Shown: positions 26,823-37,004, numbered from the stretch's first letter. The stretch is DNA of 41,507 nt from Bacteroidota bacterium (GCA_022573915.1 JACZTA010000002.1:1-41507); one strand, 5' to 3'. The notes: generated by a model from the letters alone, not told the origin. Program-made: numbers and translations.

Positions 26823-28286
26823 ATGAATCGTACTAAGCTGGTTTGGGTTATTTTCATTGCATTATTCATAATTTTCCACACCTATACACTTTCATTTTCA
26901 CCATTACCCTGGATTGACGATACTTGGTATGCCAGTGTCACCTTGTCTTATCTGAATACGGGTGACTATTTTCTCAATGTTGCACCCTTTGCCTATGATT
27001 TTCAGGAGCTGTTAATGCACGGTCCCGTCTTTTATATTTTGCAGAGTAAAATCATTGCTTTTTTTGGGTTTGGAATTTTTCAATTCCGCATATTAGGGTT
27101 GCTTTGCGGATTACTGTTGTTGTTTGTTTTATACAAGATCATTCGCTCACAAGAAGTGCCACGTCGTACGCAAGGTTTGCTCGTAATCCTTGTTGCATTT
27201 GATCCACTCATGCATGCATCTATGCATAATGGACGGATGGATACATTGGCGATGTTGATGGCATTTTCTTCACTTTATATTTTCATAATAGCCCGAAAAA
27301 GACCCGGCGCAAAAGGTCAATTACTCTTCATGGTATTGTCAGGTGTTCTTGGCGCAGGTGCGTTGCTTACCACACTGAGATCCGTTGTGATAATATTTCC
27401 AATTGGGGTGCTCTTATTGGCCCGGTTACTTCAGCAACGGTCGCTTCGGGAACTAGCGCATGTGTTTGGCTGGATCTTACCCATTCTGTCCTTTACTCTC
27501 TTGTGGATATTAATAACCTTTGGAAACCTGAACGATGGTTTAACATATTTTAAAACCTTGCCTGCGGGTTTATCAGGCTCCACTATGTTTGTTCCCTATT
27601 ATCATATTTTATTGGTTAGCCTGGCTGTTCTGTCGGTTTTAACCGGAGTCATCCTTTTCAGAGGATCATTCTTTTCGCAGCTGAATATTATAGGTTTACT
27701 TGCAATAACGATTCATTTTTTATTTATACGCGATGCGGGATCAGCATCAGTTTATATAATTCCATTTTATTATCTGTTCATGGTGAGGATAGTACTTTTG
27801 GTAAATAAGGATTTAATGAAGAAGGTGTCTGTCGCTGCGATATATATCTTATTGATCTTGAATCTTGGTCTGTTTGGAATGAAAACCGCCGTCATATTCG
27901 CAGGTTATGAAGGCAGGTACCCGGTGACTTTTGACGAGTTCATTCAACAGAATATTCCGCGGAGCTCACACGTGATAGGGCATGAAACATTTTATTATTC
28001 AGTTATTAAAGCGGAGTCCGACTTTCAGTATTTTCATTTATATAACTCCGAAGAGGAAATCGTATCGACGTATCAGCGGGATGAATATGATTATGACTAT
28101 TTGATTGTTTCGGAAGAATTTTCTGACAGGGATGATGTAATAATTACTCGCTTAAAGAGGGATAGTCAATTGGAAAAACTCACGGAATACAGTAAAGCGA
28201 AGAGCAGGTTAGATCGCCGGTTGAGTTCGTGGGGTATAAATTATATCGGTTCGTATAACTGTGTGATATACCAGAGGATAAAATGA
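26823..28286 (+). CDS. GT-C fold membrane glycosyltransferase (ArnT/GT39-like)
   Basis: 487 aa and polytopic. The first loop is 'PLPWIDDTWYASVTLSYLNTGDY' (acidic DD motif plus Y...G), and there is a soluble C-terminal ~100 aa tail. Confidence 0.6.
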   Translation: MNRTKLVWVIFIALFIIFHTYTLSFSPLPWIDDTWYASVTLSYLNTGDYFLNVAPFAYDFQELLMHGPVFYILQSKIIAFFGFGIFQFRILGLLCGLLLLFVLYKIIRSQEVPRRTQGLLVILVAFDPLMHASMHNGRMDTLAMLMAFSSLYIFIIARKRPGAKGQLLFMVLSGVLGAGALLTTLRSVVIIFPIGVLLLARLLQQRSLRELAHVFGWILPILSFTLLWILITFGNLNDGLTYFKTLPAGLSGSTMFVPYYHILLVSLAVLSVLTGVILFRGSFFSQLNIIGLLAITIHFLFIRDAGSASVYIIPFYYLFMVRIVLLVNKDLMKKVSVAAIYILLILNLGLFGMKTAVIFAGYEGRYPVTFDEFIQQNIPRSSHVIGHETFYYSVIKAESDFQYFHLYNSEEEIVSTYQRDEYDYDYLIVSEEFSDRDDVIITRLKRDSQLEKLTEYSKAKSRLDRRLSSWGINYIGSYNCVIYQRIK

Positions 28287-28321
28287 GATCTTAGTTTATA
28301 GGGTATCAAATTGAATAAATT

Positions 28322-29629
28322 TTGCTAGTCTTTATTAAGGAATATTATCAGTTTCTGATCTTAATCGCTATTTGGATCATTGTTGGTGTGAACAACATAC
28401 CGGTGGCACTGGTAATTATTCCTCTTTCGATTTTATTATTAAAAGTTAAATCCCGGTATCTGGAGTTATTACTTGGTCTGTTTGTCATCCTGACCATGTC
28501 GGATATGATAGCATTATATCCAAATTTTGGATCAAAAGTAAAGCCAATCTATATTGTCTTATTGGCGATGTTCTTATTCCTGGATAGCAAGCGATTTCAG
28601 CCTATCAATTACCTGGCTCAGCCATTTCTGCTATTTTTTATTATCTCCTTGATCACGATTAGCAATAGCCCGATCTTTGTTACAGCGGCACAAAAAACGT
28701 TTTCCTATATCTTTATGTTTTTGGTCATCCCAAATTTTACGGGTAAACTATTAAGGGAAAACAAGGAAGGATTCCTGCGGGGCATAATTTATGTTGGATT
28801 TTTTATTCTTATCGCTGGTTTTGTCTTGACATATTTTGCTCCTTATCTAACCCATCGGGGAGGAAGATATCAAGGCATTTTTGGTAACCCGAATGGAATA
28901 GGATTGTTTTGTGGGCTCTATTTCATTCTCGCATATCTGATCTATTTTTACAATAAAAAGTTGTTCAGTATATATGAGTTGGTGGGTATTCTGTTGGCTA
29001 TTGTTATAAGTGTCATTCTTTCCGGTTCCCGTAATGCGATTATGACCATTCTTGTATTCCTGATGTTTAGTCGGTTGTACCACCTCTCTCCGTTCTTTGG
29101 CTTTATAATATTTATAACTATTATCATGTTATACCAATTAATATTTGCAAATCTTCCTTTGATATTGGGAGCATTGGGACTTGATGAGTTTCTAAGAACG
29201 GACACTATGGAAGGCGGATCGGGTAGAGATATTGCCTGGAGTTTTGCCTGGCAGGAGATAAAAACGCATTTTATTTTTGGCCGTGGCTTTAGCTATGACG
29301 AGCACCTTTTTACAATATCTTATTTTAAACTTTGGCAGACAGGACATTTCGGCGGAGTACACAGTACTTATCTTTCGATGTGGTTAAATACAGGGCTTAT
29401 TGGATTAATGGCCTTTGTGTATGGCATCGTCAGGATATTTATCAAAGCAAGAAATTATTCCCATTTTGCCTTTCCCGTGATGTTTGCTGTCCTTTTTTCT
29501 ATAACTTTTGAATCCTGGCTAATGGGTTCCCTCAATCCATTCACCATTCAATTTTTGATAATATTAACTTTACTCACAAGTAAAAGTTTTATCTCCAAAG
29601 AGGATGAAGATACTGTTCTTGCACACTGA
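28322..29629 (+). CDS. O-antigen ligase/polymerase family (Wzy_C-like) membrane protein
   Basis: 435 aa and polytopic. 'RGGRYQGIFGNPNGIGLFCG' and the later loop 'GSGRDIAWSFAWQEI...GRGFS' are typical of Wzy/WaaL-type proteins. It uses a TTG start. Confidence 0.7.
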   Translation: MLVFIKEYYQFLILIAIWIIVGVNNIPVALVIIPLSILLLKVKSRYLELLLGLFVILTMSDMIALYPNFGSKVKPIYIVLLAMFLFLDSKRFQPINYLAQPFLLFFIISLITISNSPIFVTAAQKTFSYIFMFLVIPNFTGKLLRENKEGFLRGIIYVGFFILIAGFVLTYFAPYLTHRGGRYQGIFGNPNGIGLFCGLYFILAYLIYFYNKKLFSIYELVGILLAIVISVILSGSRNAIMTILVFLMFSRLYHLSPFFGFIIFITIIMLYQLIFANLPLILGALGLDEFLRTDTMEGGSGRDIAWSFAWQEIKTHFIFGRGFSYDEHLFTISYFKLWQTGHFGGVHSTYLSMWLNTGLIGLMAFVYGIVRIFIKARNYSHFAFPVMFAVLFSITFESWLMGSLNPFTIQFLIILTLLTSKSFISKEDEDTVLAH

Positions 29630-30668
29630 GCTGGCAGGTTATTTTATCGCCTGTATCACACATTTAGCGAAGCACCATGATGTGGAAATACATGTGGTAT
29701 GCAGGCCGGCAGTTAAAGAAGCACCATTTACTTTTGAACTACCGCAAGGAATAAGTTTCTATAAAAGAAAAGAGTTAGACCATGAGCAGCTGGTAGAACT
29801 TGCCGAAAGGATCAACCCCGATATTTTATACTGCGGAGGTTGGAATGATAAATCATATCTCTCATTATCCAAACACTATTTCAACAAGATCCCGACTTTG
29901 ATGGGATTTGATAATCGCTGGGTTAATTCAATTCGTCAGAATATAGCTAGTATAGTAATGCCTGGCCGGTTAAAGAATCGATTTTCACATATATGGATTG
30001 CCGGACTGCCACAGAGAGAATATGTCGGGAAGCTGGGATTTGATAATGAACAAATAATTGAAGGTATTTATTCTGCGGATTATGATAAGTTTAATGCGCT
30101 TTATGATCAATTCAACGAGCAGAAGTCTCGTTCTTTTCCTCATACGTTCTTCTATGTGGGGCGATATGTGAGCCACAAGGGGATCAAGGATCTACTCGAT
30201 GCTTTTAAAGAAATTAAACAAGCACCTGGTAATGATTGGGAACTGTGGTGTATGGGTGCAGGTGAGTTGGAACATGAGATAACAGCAACAGCTGGAGTCA
30301 GAAATATTGGCTTCGTGCAACCGGATAAAATCGATGAATTTGTAGGGCAGGGTGGGGTATTTGTGTTGCCCAGTCATTATGAGCCTTGGGGAGTTGCTTT
30401 ACATGAATTTGCAGCCGCCGGATTTCCAATTATTTGTAGCAAAGCTGTAGGAGCATCTTCGATGTTTGTTGGGGAGGATCAAAATGGCTATCTGTTTGAA
30501 GCAGGTAATAAAGCCAATCTGAAGAAATCGATGGAAAGAATGATTCAGTTGTCTGATTCCGAATTGAATGACATGGGGATGGAGAGTAACAAACTGGCAG
30601 AACGACTAACACCTGAAACCTGGTCGCAATCACTTTTATCTGTACTGGTGAATAAACATGAACTTTGA
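29604..30668 (+). CDS. glycosyltransferase family 4
   Basis: 354 aa. Evidence is 'FYVGRYVSHKG' and 'PSHYEPWGVALHEFAAAGFPIICSKAVG'. Confidence 0.8.
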   Translation: MKILFLHTELAGYFIACITHLAKHHDVEIHVVCRPAVKEAPFTFELPQGISFYKRKELDHEQLVELAERINPDILYCGGWNDKSYLSLSKHYFNKIPTLMGFDNRWVNSIRQNIASIVMPGRLKNRFSHIWIAGLPQREYVGKLGFDNEQIIEGIYSADYDKFNALYDQFNEQKSRSFPHTFFYVGRYVSHKGIKDLLDAFKEIKQAPGNDWELWCMGAGELEHEITATAGVRNIGFVQPDKIDEFVGQGGVFVLPSHYEPWGVALHEFAAAGFPIICSKAVGASSMFVGEDQNGYLFEAGNKANLKKSMERMIQLSDSELNDMGMESNKLAERLTPETWSQSLLSVLVNKHEL

Positions 30669-31813
30669 GTGATAAACCGAAAATACTTGTATTGATTGAT
30701 TGGTATTTGCCGGGCTATAAAGCCGGGGGTACGTTAAGGGCTTGCGCAAATCTTATCGAGAATCTTCAAACCGATTTTGATTTTGATGTGGTGACCAGGG
30801 ACACCGATTATATGGAGTCAGAACCTTATGAAGATATTAAGGCGAATGAGTGGATATTCCACGAAAATAATGTCCGCATCTACTATATTTCAAAGGACAG
30901 ATTGCGTTTAAAAACCATAAAAGAACATCTCAGAATATCGGAATATGAATTTGTGTATCTGAGCGGAATGTATTCGCGGTACTTCACTATTTACCCACTC
31001 TATTATCTTGCCCTGGTAAAGAAATTTCCAAATATCATACTCGCACCGAGAGGCATGTTGGGACTCGGGGCCTGGACAAGAAGGCCCCTATTAAAAAAAA
31101 TGTTTTTGCATTTCTTTAAATTTATTGGGGTTTATAAAACAATTTTATTCCACGCAAGTGGTGAGGAGGAACATGCAGATATAATGAACAGGTTTGGTGT
31201 AAAGACAAATGTTAAGATAGCTGCCGACCTCACAAGTATAAAGGATGCAAATAAATTTCCGGAAAGGGAGAAATTAGAAGGAGAGGCTAATTTTATTTTT
31301 GTGGGCAGGATATCGAAAGAGAAGAATATAAAGTACTTACTTGAAAGACTGCATGGGATAAAAGGCAAACTACACCTCGAAATATATGGGGCAATGTTTA
31401 ACACTGAATACTGGGCCGAGTGCAAACTTATTATTGAAGGTCTTCCTTCAAATGTATCCGTTACATATAAAGGAGAATTTGAATACGGCGAAGTAGATGA
31501 AATACTGAGAAAGCACCATTTTCTGGCTTTGCCATCACCGAGTGAAAACTTTGGACATGCCATTCTCGAGGCACTCTCATCCGCCTGTCCGGTTATTATA
31601 AGCGATAATACACCCTGGAAGGGTTTGAAGAATAAAGAGGTAGGCTGGGATATTCCATTAAGTGATCAGAGCCAATTTGAAAATACGCTCGAAACTTGTC
31701 TTGCTATGGATCAAGAGACGTATCGGCACTGGTCTAAAAAGGCCCGGGAATACGCTATGACTTATTTAAAGGATCGCTCTGCCCGGGATCTTAATAAGGC
31801 TCTTTTTCAGTAA
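30665..31813 (+). CDS. glycosyltransferase family 4
   Basis: 382 aa. Evidence is 'FVGRISKEKN' and 'PSPSENFGHAILEALSSACPVIISDNTP'. The TTG start overlaps the upstream stop. Confidence 0.8.
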   Translation: MSDKPKILVLIDWYLPGYKAGGTLRACANLIENLQTDFDFDVVTRDTDYMESEPYEDIKANEWIFHENNVRIYYISKDRLRLKTIKEHLRISEYEFVYLSGMYSRYFTIYPLYYLALVKKFPNIILAPRGMLGLGAWTRRPLLKKMFLHFFKFIGVYKTILFHASGEEEHADIMNRFGVKTNVKIAADLTSIKDANKFPEREKLEGEANFIFVGRISKEKNIKYLLERLHGIKGKLHLEIYGAMFNTEYWAECKLIIEGLPSNVSVTYKGEFEYGEVDEILRKHHFLALPSPSENFGHAILEALSSACPVIISDNTPWKGLKNKEVGWDIPLSDQSQFENTLETCLAMDQETYRHWSKKAREYAMTYLKDRSARDLNKALFQ

Positions 31814-31940
31814 GGTACGTAATATTGAGCACGGTTGAGCTATTAAAGAATCGACCTGCTTTTTCAGGAAATAGTCAAATTTTTAAAGTCGTCCAGGATC
31901 ATTATGGGTGGTAAATCAAACTAGTTTGTATTTTTGAGCT

Positions 31941-32504
31941 ATGGATGAACGTGAAAAGATTGACCTTTCGAATTATGATCGGAAGTTGTATGATCCGGGA
32001 GTATCATTTATCAAGAGAGCATTCTGGTATTTTATAAGCATCTTCTTTTTTCAAAATTCGCTTGTAGTTTCATCCGGAATCAAGAAATTTTGGATTAGGG
32101 CTTTTGGTGGTAAAGTGGGAAAGGGTGTTGTAATTAAACCAAAGGTGAATATTAAATTCCCATGGAACTTACAAATTGGCAACTACTCGTGGATAGGTGA
32201 AAATGTATGGATTGATAACCATGCTATGGTAGTAATTGGTAATAATGTTTGTTTGTCACAAGGTGCTCTGCTACTAACGGGTAGCAGGTATTATGATCGG
32301 ACCTCTTTTGCCCCATATGTTAAACAGATAACACTTGAAGACGGGGTGTGGATCGCTGCCAAAGCTATTGTATGTAATGGTGTAACTTGTCATTCACATT
32401 CGGTTCTTGGGACATTATCTGTTGCCACGAAGGATATGGAGGAATACAGCATCTATCAGGGAAATCCGGCAGTCCTCAAAAAAGAAAGAGTTATATCCAA
32501 ATGA
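31941..32504 (+). CDS. left-handed beta-helix (hexapeptide) O-acetyltransferase, WcaF-like
   Basis: 187 aa. 'FGGKVGKGVVIKPKVNIKFPWNLQIGNYSWIGENVWIDN...VCLSQGALLLTGS...GNPA' matches the WcaF-type colanic-acid acetyltransferase pattern. Confidence 0.8.
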   Translation: MDEREKIDLSNYDRKLYDPGVSFIKRAFWYFISIFFFQNSLVVSSGIKKFWIRAFGGKVGKGVVIKPKVNIKFPWNLQIGNYSWIGENVWIDNHAMVVIGNNVCLSQGALLLTGSRYYDRTSFAPYVKQITLEDGVWIAAKAIVCNGVTCHSHSVLGTLSVATKDMEEYSIYQGNPAVLKKERVISK

Positions 32505-33265
32505 AAATTTCGATCATAACGGTTTGTAGAAACTGTGTTGGAACAATTGAAGACACGATCAAGTCAATACTTGAGCAGGATTATCCAAGTCTCGAATATA
32601 TTATAATTGATGGCTCGTCAACCGATGGGACTCTGGATATTATCGAAAGGTATAAGGACAGAATAGCCATAGTCGTCTCGGAAAAAGACAGCGGATACTA
32701 TGAAGGCTTGAATAAAGGAATTAGATTATCCACCGGTGATGTAATCGGAAATCTCAATTCTGATGATTTTTATGTCGATTCTCAGGTGATATCGAAAATA
32801 GCTAATCTCTTTGTCGAAAATAATATTGAGTGTGCTTACGCAGATCTTGTGTTCGTGGCTAAGGAAGATATCAACAAAATAATACGTTATTGGCGGTCAA
32901 ACACATTCAAAAAAGGTTCTTTCAAAAAGGGATGGATGCCTTCACATCCAACCTTTTTTACACGAAAGAGAAATTTCGAAAATCATGGATATTATAATAC
33001 GGTAATGAAATATTCTGCTGATTATGAACTTATGTTGCGCTTTTTGCAAAAGAATGAACTTCCTGCTGTTCACCTGGATGAGGTGATCATCAAAATGAGA
33101 ATGGGAGGCTTTGGAAATGTGAGTTGGAAAGCCAAATTAAGAGCAAATATCGAGGATAGAAAGGCCTGGAAAATGAACGGACTGAAGCCGGGGATATTCA
33201 CATTTATACGTAAACCACTATCAAAACTTCATCAATATTTTAATATTAAATCGAAAATGAAGTGA
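32501..33265 (+). CDS. GT2 glycosyltransferase, WcaE-like
   Basis: The start is taken at 'MKISIITVCRNCVG' (ATG 32501, an ATGA overlap with the upstream stop) rather than the listed 32387. 'YIIIDGSSTDGT' and 'NSDD' motifs are present. Confidence 0.8.
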   Translation: MKISIITVCRNCVGTIEDTIKSILEQDYPSLEYIIIDGSSTDGTLDIIERYKDRIAIVVSEKDSGYYEGLNKGIRLSTGDVIGNLNSDDFYVDSQVISKIANLFVENNIECAYADLVFVAKEDINKIIRYWRSNTFKKGSFKKGWMPSHPTFFTRKRNFENHGYYNTVMKYSADYELMLRFLQKNELPAVHLDEVIIKMRMGGFGNVSWKAKLRANIEDRKAWKMNGLKPGIFTFIRKPLSKLHQYFNIKSKMK

Positions 33266-33484
33266 TATTTCTTTGCTTGGTAATGGATGAAGTGAAAATT
33301 AATATTTGACTTTTCTGAATCTATTTGTAATATAGTTTCGTATAGAGTATTAGGATCACAAGCTCGCCAGCTGTATGCACGCCCTACCGGGTGTTTTAGA
33401 ATGTGCATAAATCAATTGTAATAATTTATTTATTCAATTACATTTGCTCGCGCTGCGGGTATCTGTGTTGGCGAAGCCTAAAGA

Positions 33485-34624
33485 ATGGATATACAAAACG
33501 AGCTTTTAAGAGTATTTCCGGCATTTCTTACTGCCGCTCTCATCACATTTCTTTTTGTGAGGTTTATTATCTCCTTTGTAAGAGACGAAAAAATCTATGA
33601 TGAAATTGACTTGAAGGTGTTATACCTGAAAGTCACAGCCATTCTCGGTGGGCTGGGAATCTTCATTGGGTTTGTCTTATCCTATACATTCTGGAGTTCA
33701 ACATTTGGTTTTCATGAGTTTAAATACATACTTACCGGCGTCATTCTACTCTTTTTTATTGGTTTAATTGATGATGTAATTGGATTAACACCTAATAAGA
33801 AGTTGATCGCTCAAATTCTCGCATCAGTCATTATTATCTATTTTGGCGGAATAAGAATTACAGACCTCTATGGAGTATTTGGTATCCACGCACTTCCCGA
33901 ATGGGCGAGCATAGGTATAACATTACTGGCAATAATTGGGATCACCAACTCCTTTAATCTCATAGATGGTATTGATGGCCTGGCAGGTGGAATAGGAATG
34001 ATCATATCTGCTACTTTTGGAATAATCTTTTTTGTTGGAGGAGAATATGCGTTTTCCACATTAGCGTTTGCATTATGTGGTTCATTGGTCGCTTTTCTTT
34101 ATTTCAATTTTCATCCTGCTAAAATATTCATGGGTGATACAGGTGCGTTTATCATCGGCTTCGTGGTTTCTATTTTAGCCGTTAAATTTATCGAGTTCAA
34201 TAGTATGCAACATCTGGAAGCAAACGTGTCTCCCTTGGTATTCTCGGCTCCGGCAGTCGGGATTGGAATATTGATACTTCCGGTGTTCGATACTTTACGT
34301 GTGTTTGTCGTCCGTATAATTAATGGCCACTCACCTTTTACTTCAGATTTGGGCCATATTCATCACCTGCTGCTCGATAAAGGATTTAATCCTCTTCAGG
34401 CATGTGTGATCCTATATGCCGTGAATATCTTTTTCATCTTTGAAGTACTCGCACTTCAAAACATTGGAACCGTTCCATTGCTTTTGTTAGTGGTTGGAAC
34501 TGCGTTGTTCTTCACATTTCTTCTAACAAGATTACCTCATAAGGAATCCATTAGATCGCTGACTAAAGAAGAAATTAAAGAGTACAAAGAGGTTATCAGG
34601 ACCAGGCTCGGACAGAAGATATAG
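33485..34624 (+). CDS. undecaprenyl-phosphate HexNAc-1-phosphate transferase (MraY/WecA family initiating phosphoglycosyltransferase)
   Basis: 379 aa and polytopic. Motifs are 'GLIDDVIGL', 'NSFNLIDGIDGLAGG' and 'FMGDTG'. Confidence 0.85.
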   Translation: MDIQNELLRVFPAFLTAALITFLFVRFIISFVRDEKIYDEIDLKVLYLKVTAILGGLGIFIGFVLSYTFWSSTFGFHEFKYILTGVILLFFIGLIDDVIGLTPNKKLIAQILASVIIIYFGGIRITDLYGVFGIHALPEWASIGITLLAIIGITNSFNLIDGIDGLAGGIGMIISATFGIIFFVGGEYAFSTLAFALCGSLVAFLYFNFHPAKIFMGDTGAFIIGFVVSILAVKFIEFNSMQHLEANVSPLVFSAPAVGIGILILPVFDTLRVFVVRIINGHSPFTSDLGHIHHLLLDKGFNPLQACVILYAVNIFFIFEVLALQNIGTVPLLLLVVGTALFFTFLLTRLPHKESIRSLTKEEIKEYKEVIRTRLGQKI

Positions 34625-34666
34625 AACACTATCCTCCTAAACATTCGAGAATCAAATCGTCTTGGA

Positions 34667-35620
34667 CTAGAACAGGTGAAATCTGTCTTTCTCGTATTTG
34701 GGACAATCTATTCCTGCGGTTTTGATCATATAACCTACGGTGATGACGGTAAAGAAATAAGAATCCAGGTGGTAACCATGACCACGTATCGAGCCCTCGC
34801 CGCATTGAAGCAACCAAAAATTTTCGTTTGTAACTTCATGACATCTTTGAGCAAGTGCAACCGCGGTGGCTCCATCATCTCCATTTCCGTTATTTTGTGC
34901 TATAAGGTTCGGATCTGCATAGACGTTGCTTATGTCATCAATATAATCCGTAAATAACTTGCGCCAGCCTATTTCAAATCCAACTCTGTATTCCTTGTCC
35001 ACTAAATATTGTATCCCAAGCCCCATCGGAATATTAATCGCAACGCGATTATATTTTTCTGTGCAAGTAGCATCATTTGGGGGACACTCATCTACCTGGC
35101 CTTCAGTACCGAATGTCTGGAGGTTGTACCGCACTCCATCAAGTTCTGCAGTCGGATTGAAATGAAATACACCTACGCCCACAAAAGCATATAAGGAACG
35201 TTCAGCGATTACAATGGTTCTTCTAAAATTCTGGCTTAATTCCCTGTAACGAACATTCTTACTGGATAAGAAGTTGTACTCCACCTGTCCCGACAACTCG
35301 AGAATGTTTGTCCTGAAGCTCAGATTCCTTAACCTTCTGGGCCAATAATCAACGAGTTTATCATCTCCACTCAATTGGCCATAAATCAGATTAGCTCTAA
35401 AAGCTAAATTCCCATTCGTATAATACCTTCCGTATAAGCCAAGGCATGCTTTGGTGTATCGTTCTTGAAGGTCAAGAACGAAAGGTCTTTCAGATCCCTT
35501 TCCTGAACCTATATCGCCAAGATAATTGGAGGCACCGAGTGTAACTCCGAGCTCCCAGTTTTGTGCCGAGCTCAGGAACGGAAATAAGAGGATGAATGCA
35601 ATATGTAGTGGGACTCGCAT
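34667..35620 (-). CDS. outer-membrane beta-barrel protein (Bacteroidota DUF6089-like)
   Basis: It has the signal peptide 'MRVPLHIAFILLFPFLSSAQ', the motif 'NWELGVTLGASNYLGDIG', and alternating beta-strand patterns. The family assignment is from memory. Confidence 0.55.
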   Translation of the reverse strand: MRVPLHIAFILLFPFLSSAQNWELGVTLGASNYLGDIGSGKGSERPFVLDLQERYTKACLGLYGRYYTNGNLAFRANLIYGQLSGDDKLVDYWPRRLRNLSFRTNILELSGQVEYNFLSSKNVRYRELSQNFRRTIVIAERSLYAFVGVGVFHFNPTAELDGVRYNLQTFGTEGQVDECPPNDATCTEKYNRVAINIPMGLGIQYLVDKEYRVGFEIGWRKLFTDYIDDISNVYADPNLIAQNNGNGDDGATAVALAQRCHEVTNENFWLLQCGEGSIRGHGYHLDSYFFTVITVGYMIKTAGIDCPKYEKDRFHLF

Positions 35621-35678
35621 CTTAAGGATTGTAAACGAAATTTACGAAATTAAGTTGCTATCTCTTTATACCTTGTTT

Positions 35679-37004
35679 TTATCCGGATAGTTGATTTTCT
35701 TTGATATTGAAGTGCTCAATCAGTTGATCAACAAGATCCAGCTTTTCCCAGGTGAAAAGTTCAACCTCCATTTCAACCGTTTCTCCATTTGTATAAATGG
35801 AAACTCGCTCGATTGAAGAAGCTCTTCCAAAATGCCCATAAGCAGCACTATCCGAATATATAGGCGCTTTTAATTTCAACCTGTTGATGATTGCCTGAGG
35901 CCGCATATCAAACACTTCGCTGGCTTTTTTAGCTATTTCACTGTCGGAAAGGATATTGCCGTTGTCATTCATCGCTTTGGCAGTACCATAGGTATTCATG
36001 TAAATATTTATCGGTTCGGCCACTCCAATAGCATAAGAAACCTGAACCATCAACTCATCAGCAATTCCTGCAGCGACCAAATTCTTTGCAATGTGCCTGG
36101 ATGCATAAGCTGCAGAACGATCCACTTTCGAAGGATCCTTGCCTGAAAAAGCACCTCCACCATGCGCTACTTTGCCACCATAGGTGTCTACGATGATCTT
36201 TCTTCCCGTCAATCCTGTGTCACCATGTGGGCCGCCAATCACGAACCTGCCCGTGGGATTTACCCAAAGTTTGAAGTTGTTATCGAATAGTTGTTGCGTG
36301 GAACTAGGCAGGTTTGATTTCACTCTGGGGATCAGAATATTCCTGATATCGTCAGTAATCTGATCTATCATTTGTTTTTCAGCATCTAGCTTGGATTCTT
36401 CAGAATCGTCCTTAGGCTCAATAAATTCGTCATGCTGTGTTGAAAGAACAATTGTGTGAATACTAAGTGGTTTATGGTCTTCACCATATTTTATCGTGAC
36501 CTGAGATTTTGAATCGGGGCGGAGATAGGTCATCTGCTCTCCTGTTTTCCGGATTGCCGCTAGTTCTCTTAGCAGCATGTGTGAGAGATCCAATGTTAAA
36601 GGCATAAGGTTTTCGGATTCCTTGGTAGCATAACCGAACATCATTCCCTGGTCACCGGCTCCTTGATCCTCATTATTCTTACGTTCTATACCCTGGTTAA
36701 TATCCGGGGACTGCTCCTCTAACTTTACCTCAATCTTGCACGAATCGCAATCAAACAAATATTCCGGTTTTGTATACCCAATTCGACGTATTACATCACG
36801 AGCGATCTTTTCGGCATCCACTGTCGCTGTCGATTTTACTTCTCCGCTGATCATTAAATAATCTGTTGTGACCAAGGTTTCGCAAGCCACCTTCGATTCG
36901 GGATCTTGCGCAAGGTAGGCGTCTAAAATTGCATCCGATACCTGATCTGCAATTTTATCGGGATGTCCTTCTGAAACAGATTCAGAGGTGAATAAATAAG
37001 GCAT
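35679..37004 (-). CDS. metK: S-adenosylmethionine synthetase
   Basis: 441 aa. Motifs are '[25 protein letters not shown]', '[12 protein letters not shown]' and '[19 protein letters not shown]'. Confidence 0.95.
   Translation of the reverse strand: MPYLFTSESVSEGHPDKIADQVSDAILDAYLAQDPESKVACETLVTTDYLMISGEVKSTATVDAEKIARDVIRRIGYTKPEYLFDCDSCKIEVKLEEQSPDINQGIERKNNEDQGAGDQGMMFGYATKESENLMPLTLDLSHMLLRELAAIRKTGEQMTYLRPDSKSQVTIKYGEDHKPLSIHTIVLSTQHDEFIEPKDDSEESKLDAEKQMIDQITDDIRNILIPRVKSNLPSSTQQLFDNNFKLWVNPTGRFVIGGPHGDTGLTGRKIIVDTYGGKVAHGGGAFSGKDPSKVDRSAAYASRHIAKNLVAAGIADELMVQVSYAIGVAEPINIYMNTYGTAKAMNDNGNILSDSEIAKKASEVFDMRPQAIINRLKLKAPIYSDSAAYGHFGRASSIERVSIYTNGETVEMEVELFTWEKLDLVDQLIEHFNIKENQLSG

Noticed and set aside
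31132-31563. Long antisense or embedded ORFs: 31132-31563 (143 aa), 2848-3201, 40114-40524, 40521-40787, 40569-40784, 7226-7561, 15356-15670, 34676-34957, 508-711 and others in the track.
   Set aside because: Each lies fully inside a strongly supported CDS on the opposite strand or in another frame. Their composition is low-complexity or odd (Ser/Pro/Leu/Cys-rich), with no recognisable motifs. They are typical shadow ORFs.
31910-31940. 'TATTTTTG', an exact TAnnTTTG match, just upstream of the WcaF-like gene, considered as an internal promoter.
   Set aside because: The motif ends only 4 nt before the ATG, so a start site ~7 nt downstream would fall inside the coding region. In AT-rich DNA such 8-mers occur by chance.
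32387-32500. The listed longer start (32387) for the WcaE-like GT2, which would give a 118-nt overlap with the acetyltransferase gene.
   Set aside because: The extension 'MSFTFGSWDIICCHEGYGG...' is the out-of-frame shadow of the WcaF-like C-terminus. The canonical GT2 N-terminus 'MKISIITV' begins at ATG 32501, in an ATGA stop/start overlap.
33403-33600. A 65-aa Cys-rich ORF upstream of and overlapping the WecA-family gene start, considered as a leader peptide or small regulator.
   Set aside because: It overlaps the well-supported start of 33485-34624 in another frame. It has no recognisable signal or motif, and no conservation can be assessed. It is most likely spurious.
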